52,957 nucleotides of DNA, from assembly GCA_964623895.1 (NCBI GenBank), contig CAZUWA010000005.1, positions 1 through 52,957 on the forward strand, read 5' to 3'. Source of the stretch: an uncultured Lachnospiraceae bacterium. GTDB taxonomy: Bacteria; Bacillota; Clostridia; Oscillospirales; CAG-272. Position 1 is the stretch's first letter; the number at the start of each line of letters is the position of its first letter. The notes under the pieces were generated by a model. That model was not told the origin of the DNA and ran no database searches. It saw only the letters and a list, made by a program, of their open reading frames with translations. Below are positions 1-8,756 of this stretch, one piece after another. The translations under genes and the position numbers were made by a program.

Positions 1-20
1 ATGGTTGAGTAGTTTAACAT
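1..20 (-). CDS. 5' end of a gene running off the window (MLNYST...)
   Basis: ATG at 20 preceded by AAAGGAGAG Shine-Dalgarno; only 6 full codons visible. Confidence 0.6.
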
Positions 21-142
21 AGGATTTCTCTCCTTTATATTTTATTACGGGATTTTAGTCTCCCGCTGACTTACAGTTTGATAATGCGTGTCTGCCCACG
101 GGCAGACTGATTGAGATGCTTTCAAGCCTAGCAAACCTCCTT

Positions 143-478
143 TCAACGATTGATCAAATGATTCTGCAAGCCTTCTTTGGCATCCTGCATTTGCCTAACA
201 TTGTTTCCGTCGATGCCGTGATCAAGCAATGCTAAAAGTGCACGTGCGGTCGCTCTGTTGCCATCCTCAATGCTTTCAAGACGCTCATTGTCATTGTTCA
301 ACTTCTTGTCAACATGCTTCCTCCATTCTTCAAGAACTTCAATGCGCGCATTCTGTCGGTCATTCGGAGCTTTTGCCGCCCGCGCAGCTTTTGCAATTTT
401 CTCGACTGCATTGAAGCAAAGAACGATGGCAGAACACCCCGCAAGCATCGCCGTAACAATCATTTCAACATTCCACAT
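143..478 (-). CDS. phage lysis-cassette membrane protein (one N-terminal TM helix plus coiled coil; holin-associated)
   Basis: Hydrophobic N-terminus (IVTAMLAGCSAIVLCF), heptad-rich C-terminus; starts 4 nt after the endolysin stop. Confidence 0.6.
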   Translation of the reverse strand: MWNVEMIVTAMLAGCSAIVLCFNAVEKIAKAARAAKAPNDRQNARIEVLEEWRKHVDKKLNNDNERLESIEDGNRATARALLALLDHGIDGNNVRQMQDAKEGLQNHLINR

Positions 479-482
479 ACCA

Positions 483-1301
483 TCAGTCCCCCTTTAACAA
501 CGCAGACCAAGTATTTTGTCCGACAACACCGTCGACAGAAAGCGCCTTCGCGTTCTGAAAAGCGCGCACGGCAAAGTCTGTATTTCCGCCGAAACTTCCG
601 TCTGCTTCAAGCGCCTGTCCGTTTTTTCCTTTATAGTTGTGGGCGTTTAAAAGCATCTGCAAAGTGCACACCTCCGAGCATTTCGAGCCTTTTTTCACTT
701 GTGGCAAAGTAACAGTCACCGTTTTTTTCGCATAGTATGCCGCAATAATCTCCGATTCAGCTTGTGCCAACTTATCAAGATTCATCTCCTCTAAAAGCCA
801 ATTTACCATTTTCGTGTTGGTGTAAAAACTATGCTCCAAAATGATCGCCGTTGTACCGACCGCTGCCGCACCACGCAATACGCCGTAGTAGTCTCCGTTT
901 TTGCCTTCACGTGTAGCGGTGCGTCCTTTTTGTTTTGTATCCATCACTTCTGCCACGCAGTCTGCGAGCTTCTGTCCCAGTTCCCTGCCGGAACCATTCA
1001 ATTGTACAAATGCAACAGGATAGTCTACATTTTCATTTATACCACTGCCTTCTACCGCATTCGCGTGTATTGAGATGAGCAGATCCTGCCCTTTTGCCAT
1101 TCTACCACGTGCTGTAACAGACAAATCATTATTTTGATTGTTCCTTGTGATAGACACCTTAAATCCGCGCTCCACCAAATGACGTTGTAGAAGCAGATGC
1201 AGTTTCCAGTTCATCTCGCTTTCATAGTAGTTCCCATTTGCCGGACTGCGGTTGTATTTGCCGTAATGCCCGGCATCAAGCATAATGTTAATTGCCATCA
1301 C
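483..1301 (-). CDS. N-acetylmuramoyl-L-alanine amidase (Amidase_3) with C-terminal peptidoglycan-binding domain; endolysin-like
   Basis: LDAGH, E, SIHANA and ILEH zinc/catalytic motifs; PG_binding_1 pattern DGSFGGNT...AFQ...VDGVVGQNTW; no signal peptide. Confidence 0.9.
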   Translation of the reverse strand: MMAINIMLDAGHYGKYNRSPANGNYYESEMNWKLHLLLQRHLVERGFKVSITRNNQNNDLSVTARGRMAKGQDLLISIHANAVEGSGINENVDYPVAFVQLNGSGRELGQKLADCVAEVMDTKQKGRTATREGKNGDYYGVLRGAAAVGTTAIILEHSFYTNTKMVNWLLEEMNLDKLAQAESEIIAAYYAKKTVTVTLPQVKKGSKCSEVCTLQMLLNAHNYKGKNGQALEADGSFGGNTDFAVRAFQNAKALSVDGVVGQNTWSALLKGD

Positions 1302-1363
1302 TCTCTCCTTTCTATATCATGGTATCAAGGCTACCGTCCTACCGGCATGGTAACTGATTGCTC

Positions 1364-1867
1364 TCATACGCTCACCCATTCTCCACAAAGCGTCTCTCCG
1401 ACGTAGTATAGCCAACAAGCAGTGGTCGTCCCTTGCTCAAAGGTGGGGGCTTCGTCCGTCACCCATTGGATCACCGGAAGTCCAATGGAAGGGCTACTTC
1501 CTACCGGCACGGTAAGGATAAATGACCACTCATTGTAAGCATTCTCCAACCCCGGATTGAGTTCAATCATACATCCGCTCATGCCGGAAACAGTACCGAC
1601 ATACACTTTGCCCGGATCGAGTTGCATAACACCTTTAAATTTGATCGCGACCTTTTCCTTTAAAGGAGACTGCGTTGCCGTCTGACCGCTGATCCATCCT
1701 TTTTCTCCGAAATAAACCGAAACAGCTCCCGTCGGGTAATGACATTCACTGCCTATTGGAAGATCTGTCGGTAACTGATCATTTTCATCATCAGCCACCA
1801 CGACTGCCAACTTGACTGCATTGCCCTCTTGATCCCATCCCCATTTTCTTGCTATGATCTGATACAT
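1364..1867 (-). CDS. phage-like hypothetical protein; C-terminal half resembles tail-fibre-associated beta domains
   Basis: AAAGGAG SD; NEWSF...LPVIQW...APTFE pattern recalls phage fibre-tip domains; lies between terminase and endolysin. Confidence 0.5.
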   Translation of the reverse strand: MYQIIARKWGWDQEGNAVKLAVVVADDENDQLPTDLPIGSECHYPTGAVSVYFGEKGWISGQTATQSPLKEKVAIKFKGVMQLDPGKVYVGTVSGMSGCMIELNPGLENAYNEWSFILTVPVGSSPSIGLPVIQWVTDEAPTFEQGTTTACWLYYVGETLCGEWVSV

Positions 1868-1882
1868 AAATCTTCTCCTTTT

Positions 1883-3226
1883 TTAAAATTTGCTTCGTTT
1901 TTTACCTTTATGCGCTCCCGCGAGCGCTTTTCTTTTGGCGATCTCAAGATAACCGAGCTGTGGCTTCTGCTTTTCTTCCCGTGAGCGGTAACTGAGTGCG
2001 AAATAGCGCAGCGCATCGCAGATATGGGTGATTTCATGCGGATGCACCGAAGCATCACTGCCGTTTTTGCTGTCTCTTGTGAGCGCAGGCAGATTGGCGA
2101 TCAGATTGACGCAATTTTTGAAGATCTGTAAGGTCGGTGTATTGTTGCCGTAGCAATCGGGACGCAGTTTCAGCAGTTCCTTGATGGCAAGCCAACCGGG
2201 CACTCTGCGATTATCTGCTGCACGTCCGACAATACCACCTCGCCTAAACAGTTCCGACATCGACAGTCCGCTGTCTTTTTGTCTGCTCGCCATATCCGGC
2301 GGCAAAAAGATCTCTTCCGGCACTTCCCCTACAGTATATTCGACAAGCATCGCCGCGGCTTCACTGACGATCAATCCCGGCTGGTGAAGTTCCCTGTAAA
2401 CATAGATCCTGCCGTCTGGTGAAACAGCAAACCAGAGTGCCGCCAGCATATCCAAACCATAGTCGAAAGACAGATACCTTTTCCAAGAGGACGGTATTTC
2501 AAAAGGAGTACAAACGTGCTGTTCGCGGTCGAATTCTTCGAAATACTGCCCTTTAAATAGATCCCAACAGCCATCCAACCATGCGCGGCGCAGATCACTC
2601 GGCAAACTTTCGAGACTTTTCAAGTAAGCAGGATCGTTTTCTCTCAACACCTTATTGTCTGAAAGTCGCGCCGGAATAAAGCGATACTCACTCGGTTCTT
2701 CTCCCGAACGAAACCGACGGTCAACAAACAGACGTTTCACCCAACCGTGCCCGACACCGCCCGGATTGCAAGTCAAATACATCCGCTTTGGAAAGCCGTT
2801 TGTCCCCCTTAAGCAGCCTTTTAGAGCAATAAAGACCTGTTCTTCCATTTGGGTGGCTTCATCAATGAAAATAAAGTCAAATTCCTGCCCCTGATAGCGC
2901 AAAAGATCCTTTTCCCTCATGCAATAGCCGCAAAGTATGACAGAGCCGTTTTTAAAAACAAAGTTTTTTTTGCTATCATTGTAACTTGCCAACCCCTCGG
3001 TCATCGCCGTCAACGGTCGGATATGATTTTCCCGCAATTCTGCCAACGTGCGCCGCAAGATCAAAATGCGGCATCTCGGATAGTGTAATGCCAACAGCAA
3101 ACTTTTGACACGTACCGCCCAACTTTTTCCGCCTCCTCTTGCTCCACCGTACGCTACATAGCGTTCGGTAGCTGTTAAAAACTGCATCTGTTTTTCAGAG
3201 GGTGTACCTAAATTCAAACTTGCAAT
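1883..3226 (-). CDS. terL: phage terminase large subunit (Terminase_3/6, PBSX-like)
   Basis: Walker A YGGARGGGKS, Walker B FIFIDEA, coupling motif LTCNP, nuclease SFDYG and HICDALRY. Start uncertain: ATT at 3226 is best placed to the SD; upstream in-frame TTG at 3253. Confidence 0.93.
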   Translation of the reverse strand: MASLNLGTPSEKQMQFLTATERYVAYGGARGGGKSWAVRVKSLLLALHYPRCRILILRRTLAELRENHIRPLTAMTEGLASYNDSKKNFVFKNGSVILCGYCMREKDLLRYQGQEFDFIFIDEATQMEEQVFIALKGCLRGTNGFPKRMYLTCNPGGVGHGWVKRLFVDRRFRSGEEPSEYRFIPARLSDNKVLRENDPAYLKSLESLPSDLRRAWLDGCWDLFKGQYFEEFDREQHVCTPFEIPSSWKRYLSFDYGLDMLAALWFAVSPDGRIYVYRELHQPGLIVSEAAAMLVEYTVGEVPEEIFLPPDMASRQKDSGLSMSELFRRGGIVGRAADNRRVPGWLAIKELLKLRPDCYGNNTPTLQIFKNCVNLIANLPALTRDSKNGSDASVHPHEITHICDALRYFALSYRSREEKQKPQLGYLEIAKRKALAGAHKGKKRSKF

Positions 3227-3284
3227 TGCGCATTCCTCCTTTCTCCTCTTCAATTATTTCAATCTTCTTTCTGCCTGCAATGAC

Positions 3285-3316
3285 ATTCTAACACTTTCCA
3301 TTCGCGATTTGTGACC
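3285..3316 (-). promoter_or_regulatory. putative activator-dependent promoter of the terminase cassette
   Basis: Extended -10 TGtTAGAAT (3293-3285); no consensus -35; GGTCACA at 3316-3310. Confidence 0.45.
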
Positions 3317-3337
3317 TTTTTTCCTCCTCTTTTCCAC

Positions 3338-3378
3338 AAAAAAAGATCTGCCGCACCTCTCGGTACAACAGATCCTTT
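3338..3378 (-). terminator. intrinsic terminator insulating the terminase cassette from the upstream oxidoreductase
   Basis: GATCTGTTGTACC-GAGA-GGTGCGGCAGATC stem (with G-U pairs) followed by a T run. Confidence 0.85.
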
Positions 3379-3387
3379 GATTCTTTT

Positions 3388-4440
3388 TTACAGCCCCTCG
3401 GGGAAGAAAATGACCTGCCCCAGCTCGACACTCCTGAATGCCGCTTCAATGACTCTCAGATCTCTGAGCATCTGTTCATGAGTCACGATCTGTTCCGTCA
3501 TGCCATCGATCGCAGCGCAGAAATTGCGATAGAAATCATGCACATCGGAATGCGGCCGCTCCAATTCATATGTCGTCGTGGTAATCTCATCTCTGGGCGC
3601 CATCGTTTTGGTCAGTCCTGCCGCAGTCTCAACCGGAAGCACATCGCTTTCATGCCATGCCTTGCAGTACACAACTTTTGCCTTCTCTCGCCAATCGGTG
3701 ATCAGAGCCGTGCCTTTCTTCGCACGCATATAAAAACGCGGCATAGCAATAAAATTATATGTTCCAATCTCTACCAGTGCCTGCGCGCCGTTGTCAAACC
3801 AGAAATACAGTTTGAATCCATCATCAACGGTATCATTTGTGATATGGTCAAAGGTGCAGTACAGTCTTTCGATCTTGTGTCCCTTAAAAAGCAACAGCAT
3901 CTGATCAAAAAGATGAATACCCCAGTCATACAGCATTCCGCCGCCATATTCTTTCAGGCCTCTCCAGTCACTCGGAATGCCGCGACTGCCTTGTACGCGC
4001 GATTCCACATTCAAGACCTCGCCGATCTCTCCTGAATCAACCAGTTTCTGCATAGCTAGGTAGTCCACATCCCAACGTCTGTTCTGATGAACGGTCAAAC
4101 GCATACCGGTCTCGTTTGAAACCGCGATCATCCGTTCAAGTGAAGCCACGGACAAAGTCACCGGCTTTTCGCAGATCACATGTTTCCCTGCACGCATGGC
4201 TCTGATTGCCAACTCCTCATGCATATCATTGGGCACGGCAATGGTCAGAATATCAACACTCGGATCGTTTAAAACAGCCTCAAAGCTACTGTATGCAAAG
4301 ATGCCCGCTGCTCTTGCCGCTTCGTTTCTCTCTTCTTTGATATCGTACACGCCACCCAAAGTCAGCACATCACTGCTTTGTGCTCTGACGGTGTGCCAAC
4401 CGCCCATACCGCCGTAGCCGATCACTACAAGTTTCTTCAT
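3388..4440 (-). CDS. Gfo/Idh/MocA family oxidoreductase
   Basis: Rossmann GYGGMG, ICEKP, HQNRRWD, GGGMLYDWGIH. Confidence 0.93.
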   Translation of the reverse strand: MKKLVVIGYGGMGGWHTVRAQSSDVLTLGGVYDIKEERNEAARAAGIFAYSSFEAVLNDPSVDILTIAVPNDMHEELAIRAMRAGKHVICEKPVTLSVASLERMIAVSNETGMRLTVHQNRRWDVDYLAMQKLVDSGEIGEVLNVESRVQGSRGIPSDWRGLKEYGGGMLYDWGIHLFDQMLLLFKGHKIERLYCTFDHITNDTVDDGFKLYFWFDNGAQALVEIGTYNFIAMPRFYMRAKKGTALITDWREKAKVVYCKAWHESDVLPVETAAGLTKTMAPRDEITTTTYELERPHSDVHDFYRNFCAAIDGMTEQIVTHEQMLRDLRVIEAAFRSVELGQVIFFPEGL

Positions 4441-4473
4441 GTTTTTTCCACCTTTCGATCATTTCACGGCAAC

Positions 4474-4502
4474 ATTATACTACAATCGAAAGTGTTTTGC
4501 AA
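4474..4502 (-). promoter_or_regulatory. sigma-A promoter
   Basis: TTGCAA-17nt-TATAAT upstream of the oxidoreductase. Confidence 0.6.
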
Positions 4503-4529
4503 GCCTTTTTTATATATTTTTCATATTTT

Positions 4530-4967
4530 TCACTTTGTCAGTAACAAAAGTCCCAAAATCAAAAGAATTTCACCATCCACGTTCTCTTTTTCTCGGTCGC
4601 TCATCATCAGCAGGATCAGCCCTGCCAAAACAATGTCTTCCATCGAAAACTTTTTCCCGGTCAGAGAAAACAGCCCGGAAAGAAGTCCTTTTTCATTCTC
4701 TCGCTCGCCTTCCGATGCTTGCGTGCGAATGCTTTGGCGTTCCTTTGGTAACCTATATATAGGACGGCGGATACGCCGTTCTTCCCGGTTTCTCTGCTCT
4801 TTTTTGACTGCATTTGCACGCATTTCCTCCTCAGTAGGCGTGCTTCGCTGTGTTGAACGCACATTCTGTTCGCCTACAGGCTGTTCCTCTTCTTTCGACA
4901 GATATGTCACTCCGCCGTAATCAGGCGGAGGCATGACGCTTTGCTCATTAAATCGTCTGCTGTACAC
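4530..4967 (-). CDS. conserved clostridial hypothetical protein, probably sporulation associated
   Basis: MYSR...PPDYGG N-terminus, charged middle, hydrophobic EDIVLAGLILL/ILLILGLLLL C-terminus; start may be 4976. Confidence 0.6.
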   Translation of the reverse strand: MYSRRFNEQSVMPPPDYGGVTYLSKEEEQPVGEQNVRSTQRSTPTEEEMRANAVKKEQRNREERRIRRPIYRLPKERQSIRTQASEGERENEKGLLSGLFSLTGKKFSMEDIVLAGLILLMMSDREKENVDGEILLILGLLLLTK

Positions 4968-4988
4968 CCTCCTCACTCCTTACACAAA

Positions 4989-5417
4989 TCAGTTCTTCTC
5001 TGTTCCCAACTTGTTTGCCAGATCAAGCAATTCCAGAATGCGCAAAACGGTGTCTATACGCTCCTGTCGTTCCTCGCTCATATATGGACGAAGCGCCAAT
5101 AGAAGTGCTTTTCTCCGACGATTGTTTTCCCCCCACCCCCTGTCAGCCGACTGTCTTTGATCGGGCAACGAGGGGCGATCCTTAGATAGATCTTCCTCAG
5201 TATATGCATCTGGAGGAGCGGAATATGTCTGCGATATCTTTCTTGTCGGTTCCTGCGAAGTCTCCGACGCTTCTATCTGTCCACCGCCAAACAGTCCGTC
5301 AAGCATACCGGATTTTTTCAAGGTCGTCGCAATGCTCAGCGCTTTTCCGAGCATTTCCGGGTCTTCAAGTAATTTGCCGATCCCGGCAGAGAGATCGGGC
5401 AGTTCATCCATTGCCAC
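4989..5417 (-). CDS. conserved clostridial hypothetical protein, probably sporulation associated
   Basis: C-terminal LLLALRPYMSEERQERID motif typical of a small clostridial family; overlaps the upstream gene. Confidence 0.65.
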   Translation of the reverse strand: MAMDELPDLSAGIGKLLEDPEMLGKALSIATTLKKSGMLDGLFGGGQIEASETSQEPTRKISQTYSAPPDAYTEEDLSKDRPSLPDQRQSADRGWGENNRRRKALLLALRPYMSEERQERIDTVLRILELLDLANKLGTEKN

Positions 5418-5667
5418 TGTTTTGTTCTCCCATCACCGTTTTTTTGATTGCTTCCACCGTTTGCGGCGGGAGAGCATTGGTCAGATCTTCTAATTCAGCA
5501 TCACTTGCTGAAGCGATTCGACGTTTGATCGTACCTGCCTGCATCATAGCGGCAGTCGCTTCCGCTTTGCTCGCACCGGCTGCCATCATGACCGCATAGA
5601 TCAAAGTCGCAAACTGATCGTTCGGAAGATTGGCGGCTTTGTGAAGTTCTTCCTTATTTAATCCCAT
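5404..5667 (-). CDS. small helical hypothetical protein
   Basis: AAAGGAG SD; first gene of a three-gene operon. Confidence 0.65.
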   Translation of the reverse strand: MGLNKEELHKAANLPNDQFATLIYAVMMAAGASKAEATAAMMQAGTIKRRIASASDAELEDLTNALPPQTVEAIKKTVMGEQNSGNG

Positions 5668-5700
5668 TTCAAATACTCCTTTTCTTCTGTTTCTATCACC

Positions 5701-5728
5701 ATTCTATGCCGTATATTGCCGAATTGTT
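5701..5728 (-). promoter_or_regulatory. mother-cell sporulation sigma (SigK/SigE-type) promoter
   Basis: AACA-16nt-CATAGAAT matches mACm-N16-CATAnnnT. Confidence 0.5.
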
Positions 5729-5729
5729 C

Positions 5730-5758
5730 TTGACAGCGTGTGCAAATTATGCTATAAT
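5730..5758 (+). promoter_or_regulatory. consensus sigma-A promoter
   Basis: TTGACA-17nt-TATAAT with extended TG. Confidence 0.85.
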
Positions 5759-5784
5759 CATCTCAAAGGAAAGTAGGTGTCAAG

Positions 5785-6300
5785 ATGGAATACAATGTAA
5801 CCCCGGACAAGCAAAAGCCAATATTGATCGTCACTGTCCTGTTCGGTCTCGGACTTGGAATTGCCATGACACCCATTGTTTTTGACGGACTTCCGCAACT
5901 TGTTTTTCAGTGTCTCGGTATGATCATACTCAGTGCTTGCATCCTCATTCTTTCCCGCTATGTCCTCACCGGTTACAGTTATCAACTTTATGATGCGCCG
6001 AATCAGATGTCGCAATATCCGAAGCTGAATGTATACCGCATCCGCAAGACTGACAGCAAGATGGCATATTGCATTCCCTTTCACAATATCATTGCCATTT
6101 TTCCCCAAAAAAGAGCGCTAAAGATCAAACGCGAGAACCTGTGTGCCTCCATGAATCCCACAGAGGTCTACACAGTCGTTTATTGGGTGGAGGATCATGC
6201 CGAAGCTGTATATTTAGAATGTAATGCCGCTTTCGCGGTGGAGATCGGCAAACGCATTGAAATATGGAGTCAGGTTCAGCATATGAAAGACGAATATTAA
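5785..6300 (+). CDS. hypothetical membrane protein (two TM helices plus soluble domain)
   Basis: Two hydrophobic segments; consensus promoter upstream, terminator downstream. Confidence 0.75.
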   Translation: MEYNVTPDKQKPILIVTVLFGLGLGIAMTPIVFDGLPQLVFQCLGMIILSACILILSRYVLTGYSYQLYDAPNQMSQYPKLNVYRIRKTDSKMAYCIPFHNIIAIFPQKRALKIKRENLCASMNPTEVYTVVYWVEDHAEAVYLECNAAFAVEIGKRIEIWSQVQHMKDEY

Positions 6301-6347
6301 AAAACAGCTGTTTTGATCGCTATGGCAATCAAAACAGCTGTTTTTTA
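6298..6347. terminator. bidirectional terminator between convergent genes
   Basis: Perfect 20-bp inverted repeat TAAAAAACAGCTGTTTTGAT / ATCAAAACAGCTGTTTTTTA. Confidence 0.8.
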
Positions 6348-6350
6348 TCC

Positions 6351-8756
6351 TTATTCTGCCAATTCCTGTGCAACGGTTGGATCAATGCCATCCGTTACTT
6401 CCGTCACCGTCACCTTTACGGTTGCGCTAAGCGCGCCATCTGTCGTCGAAGCAGTCAATGTGCATTCACCCACCTTCAGCGCCTTGATGACACCATTTTC
6501 AATGGTCGCGACAGCCGGATCATCGGAATCCCAAAGTATAACTGCCCCCTCCAAAGTACAGGCTACCGTCACGGTCTCTTCCCCGTTTACGGGCAGATTC
6601 ACTTCTGTTTTATCAACAGTCAAAGTCTGCACAGGGGTAACTATCACCGTGACTGTTGCAGTCAACGTCCCATCGGAACTTGAAACAGTAACAGTACATT
6701 TTCCGGTTGTGATACCCCTGATCACACCGTCCGACACGGTCGCTACCGCCTCAGCGTCACTCGTCCAAACCAACACAGTATCCATCGGATAAACAGACGG
6801 AATGATCGTATCTTCGCTTCCTACCACAATGGTAATTTCTGTTTTGTCAACAATCAAAGAGGGCTCAGGCAATGAAATGACCTCAATCGAAACAATAGCG
6901 GTCGTTCCGTAACTGTCGGAAACCGAAATAGTTGCATTGCCGACAGAAAGCGCCTTTACAGTCATCCCCTCCTCAAGGGAAACAATTCCTTCACCGGTCA
7001 TCAATGCACAAATCATCGTGGTATCGTCATCGAAATATTCCGGAACATAAGTTACATTTAACGTCAGAATATCACCAACATAAATCCGAGCACTTATGGG
7101 TTCTACCGTAATGCCCGCATTGGGATCCTTTTCGGTGGATTCTACGTTCACTACACAGATCGTGTTGATACCCGTTGCCGGGTTCCCGATCGTGATCGGG
7201 CAAAGTCCCGGCTTCTTTCCTGTCACGACACCGTTTTCATCCACAACCGCAATCGAAGGTCTGCTCGATTTGAAGGTCAATGTCATGTCGTCCCCTTCAT
7301 ATTTTGGAACAAATGTGGCAAAAATGGTCGTTTTTCTATCCACCTTGACCTGCAAATTTTCATTTTCAAGAACCACGCCCGCGTTGGGATTGGGTAACGG
7401 AATGGCATCGACCGTCTTTTTTCCGCCGATATATGCCGGAACGACCACACCGCTTTCGCGGTCGACGCGCGCAGTTACCTTATAGGAAAGTCCGGACTTT
7501 TCATAAATAAATTCGCCCGGTTTTCCTTCTTCCGTCCACCATGCATACAATCTCATTGACTCATCCGGAACTGCTGTCACCTGTTTTGTCAACTCCTCAT
7601 CGGAGAACCAACCGCCAAAGGTAAACCCTTCTCTGATCGGTGTCGGCAACGCACCACCAAACGGCAACGTCAACTCCACCGAGGGCTTCCCTGTTTCTAC
7701 GCTGACAATACCGCCGTTTGCGGAGAACACAAGTGTTGCTGAGCGTTCATTCCATTTTGCGACCAAATTAAGGTCTTTAGTGTATTCGTAAGTACCGTCA
7801 AAGCAAAGCGTCTGACCATCATACCAGCCGCCGAAAGTAAATCCTTCCTTAGTTGGGATCGGGAAAGTCACAGCACTGCCGTATGTAACCGTAATAACCG
7901 TTGCACCCTCCATGCTACCACCGTTGGCATCGAAGGTCACGGTATAGGAATCAGAAGCCCATTCTGCACAGAGCGTGACATCGCTTGCAATCGTCCAAAC
8001 ACCGGATCTAATGCGCTCATCTCCGTAAAACCAGTCTGCAAAAAGGAAACCGTCGCGCACAGGGACCAACAGCGTCACTTCCTCCCCATAGGTAACCGTC
8101 TGAGTCTTGGAGGTAACACTTCCGAGATTCGGATCATAAGTAACGACATACTTGCGCGGTGTCCACTTTGCTTGAACCGAAACAGACGCAGTCACCGGCT
8201 TAGTAAAATCAAAATTCCAACCATCAAAAGAATACCCTTCCTTCGTGGGAACAGCAGTCGGCTGGGTTGCAAAATTGCCATCCACCACCGTTTGTGTTTC
8301 GGTAATTCCCTCAAAGGTCACCAAATAACTGCCGGAACGATGAATGTTCAATACGTAATTCTCGGCAACCGATTCATCCGATGTATAGCAATAGACATAA
8401 AAAACATTCAAACCTTCTTGAAGTTCCAACACTTTATTAACGATTGGGTTTTGCATACCGATATCCTTGGAGATCATCCAAGAAACACCCTTTGCAACTT
8501 CCACATAATGACGAAGTTCGAGAATCGCCGTTTCGTTCGGTAAATAAATATCAAATGTATTCTCCTGTCCAACAACGGAAAGTTGACCGGATGCAAGGAC
8601 ATTGAAAATATCTCCGGAAATCTGTTCGGTAGAAGTCGGCTGATCATCCGAACTCACCGGCTCGAGCGGCTTATTGTTACAGGATGCCAAAGCACCTGCC
8701 AACATCATCAATGCCATCAAAACAGACATGACACGAATAGCGCTGTTTTTCATCAT
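6351..8756 (-). CDS. surface lipoprotein with four InlB B-repeat (Flg_new) domains and about four Ig-like (Big_2) domains
   Basis: Lipobox LASC; repeats Y.VTF..NGG...PT.EG..F.GW; Big_2 motifs WTSDAEAVATV, WDSDDPAVATI, SSRPSIAVVD. Confidence 0.85.
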   Translation of the reverse strand: MMKNSAIRVMSVLMALMMLAGALASCNNKPLEPVSSDDQPTSTEQISGDIFNVLASGQLSVVGQENTFDIYLPNETAILELRHYVEVAKGVSWMISKDIGMQNPIVNKVLELQEGLNVFYVYCYTSDESVAENYVLNIHRSGSYLVTFEGITETQTVVDGNFATQPTAVPTKEGYSFDGWNFDFTKPVTASVSVQAKWTPRKYVVTYDPNLGSVTSKTQTVTYGEEVTLLVPVRDGFLFADWFYGDERIRSGVWTIASDVTLCAEWASDSYTVTFDANGGSMEGATVITVTYGSAVTFPIPTKEGFTFGGWYDGQTLCFDGTYEYTKDLNLVAKWNERSATLVFSANGGIVSVETGKPSVELTLPFGGALPTPIREGFTFGGWFSDEELTKQVTAVPDESMRLYAWWTEEGKPGEFIYEKSGLSYKVTARVDRESGVVVPAYIGGKKTVDAIPLPNPNAGVVLENENLQVKVDRKTTIFATFVPKYEGDDMTLTFKSSRPSIAVVDENGVVTGKKPGLCPITIGNPATGINTICVVNVESTEKDPNAGITVEPISARIYVGDILTLNVTYVPEYFDDDTTMICALMTGEGIVSLEEGMTVKALSVGNATISVSDSYGTTAIVSIEVISLPEPSLIVDKTEITIVVGSEDTIIPSVYPMDTVLVWTSDAEAVATVSDGVIRGITTGKCTVTVSSSDGTLTATVTVIVTPVQTLTVDKTEVNLPVNGEETVTVACTLEGAVILWDSDDPAVATIENGVIKALKVGECTLTASTTDGALSATVKVTVTEVTDGIDPTVAQELAE

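Noticed and set aside
1-3253. Complete inducible prophage
   Set aside because: No integrase, repressor, replication, terS or portal genes in the window and host genes abut terL; cannot be fully excluded beyond the left edge
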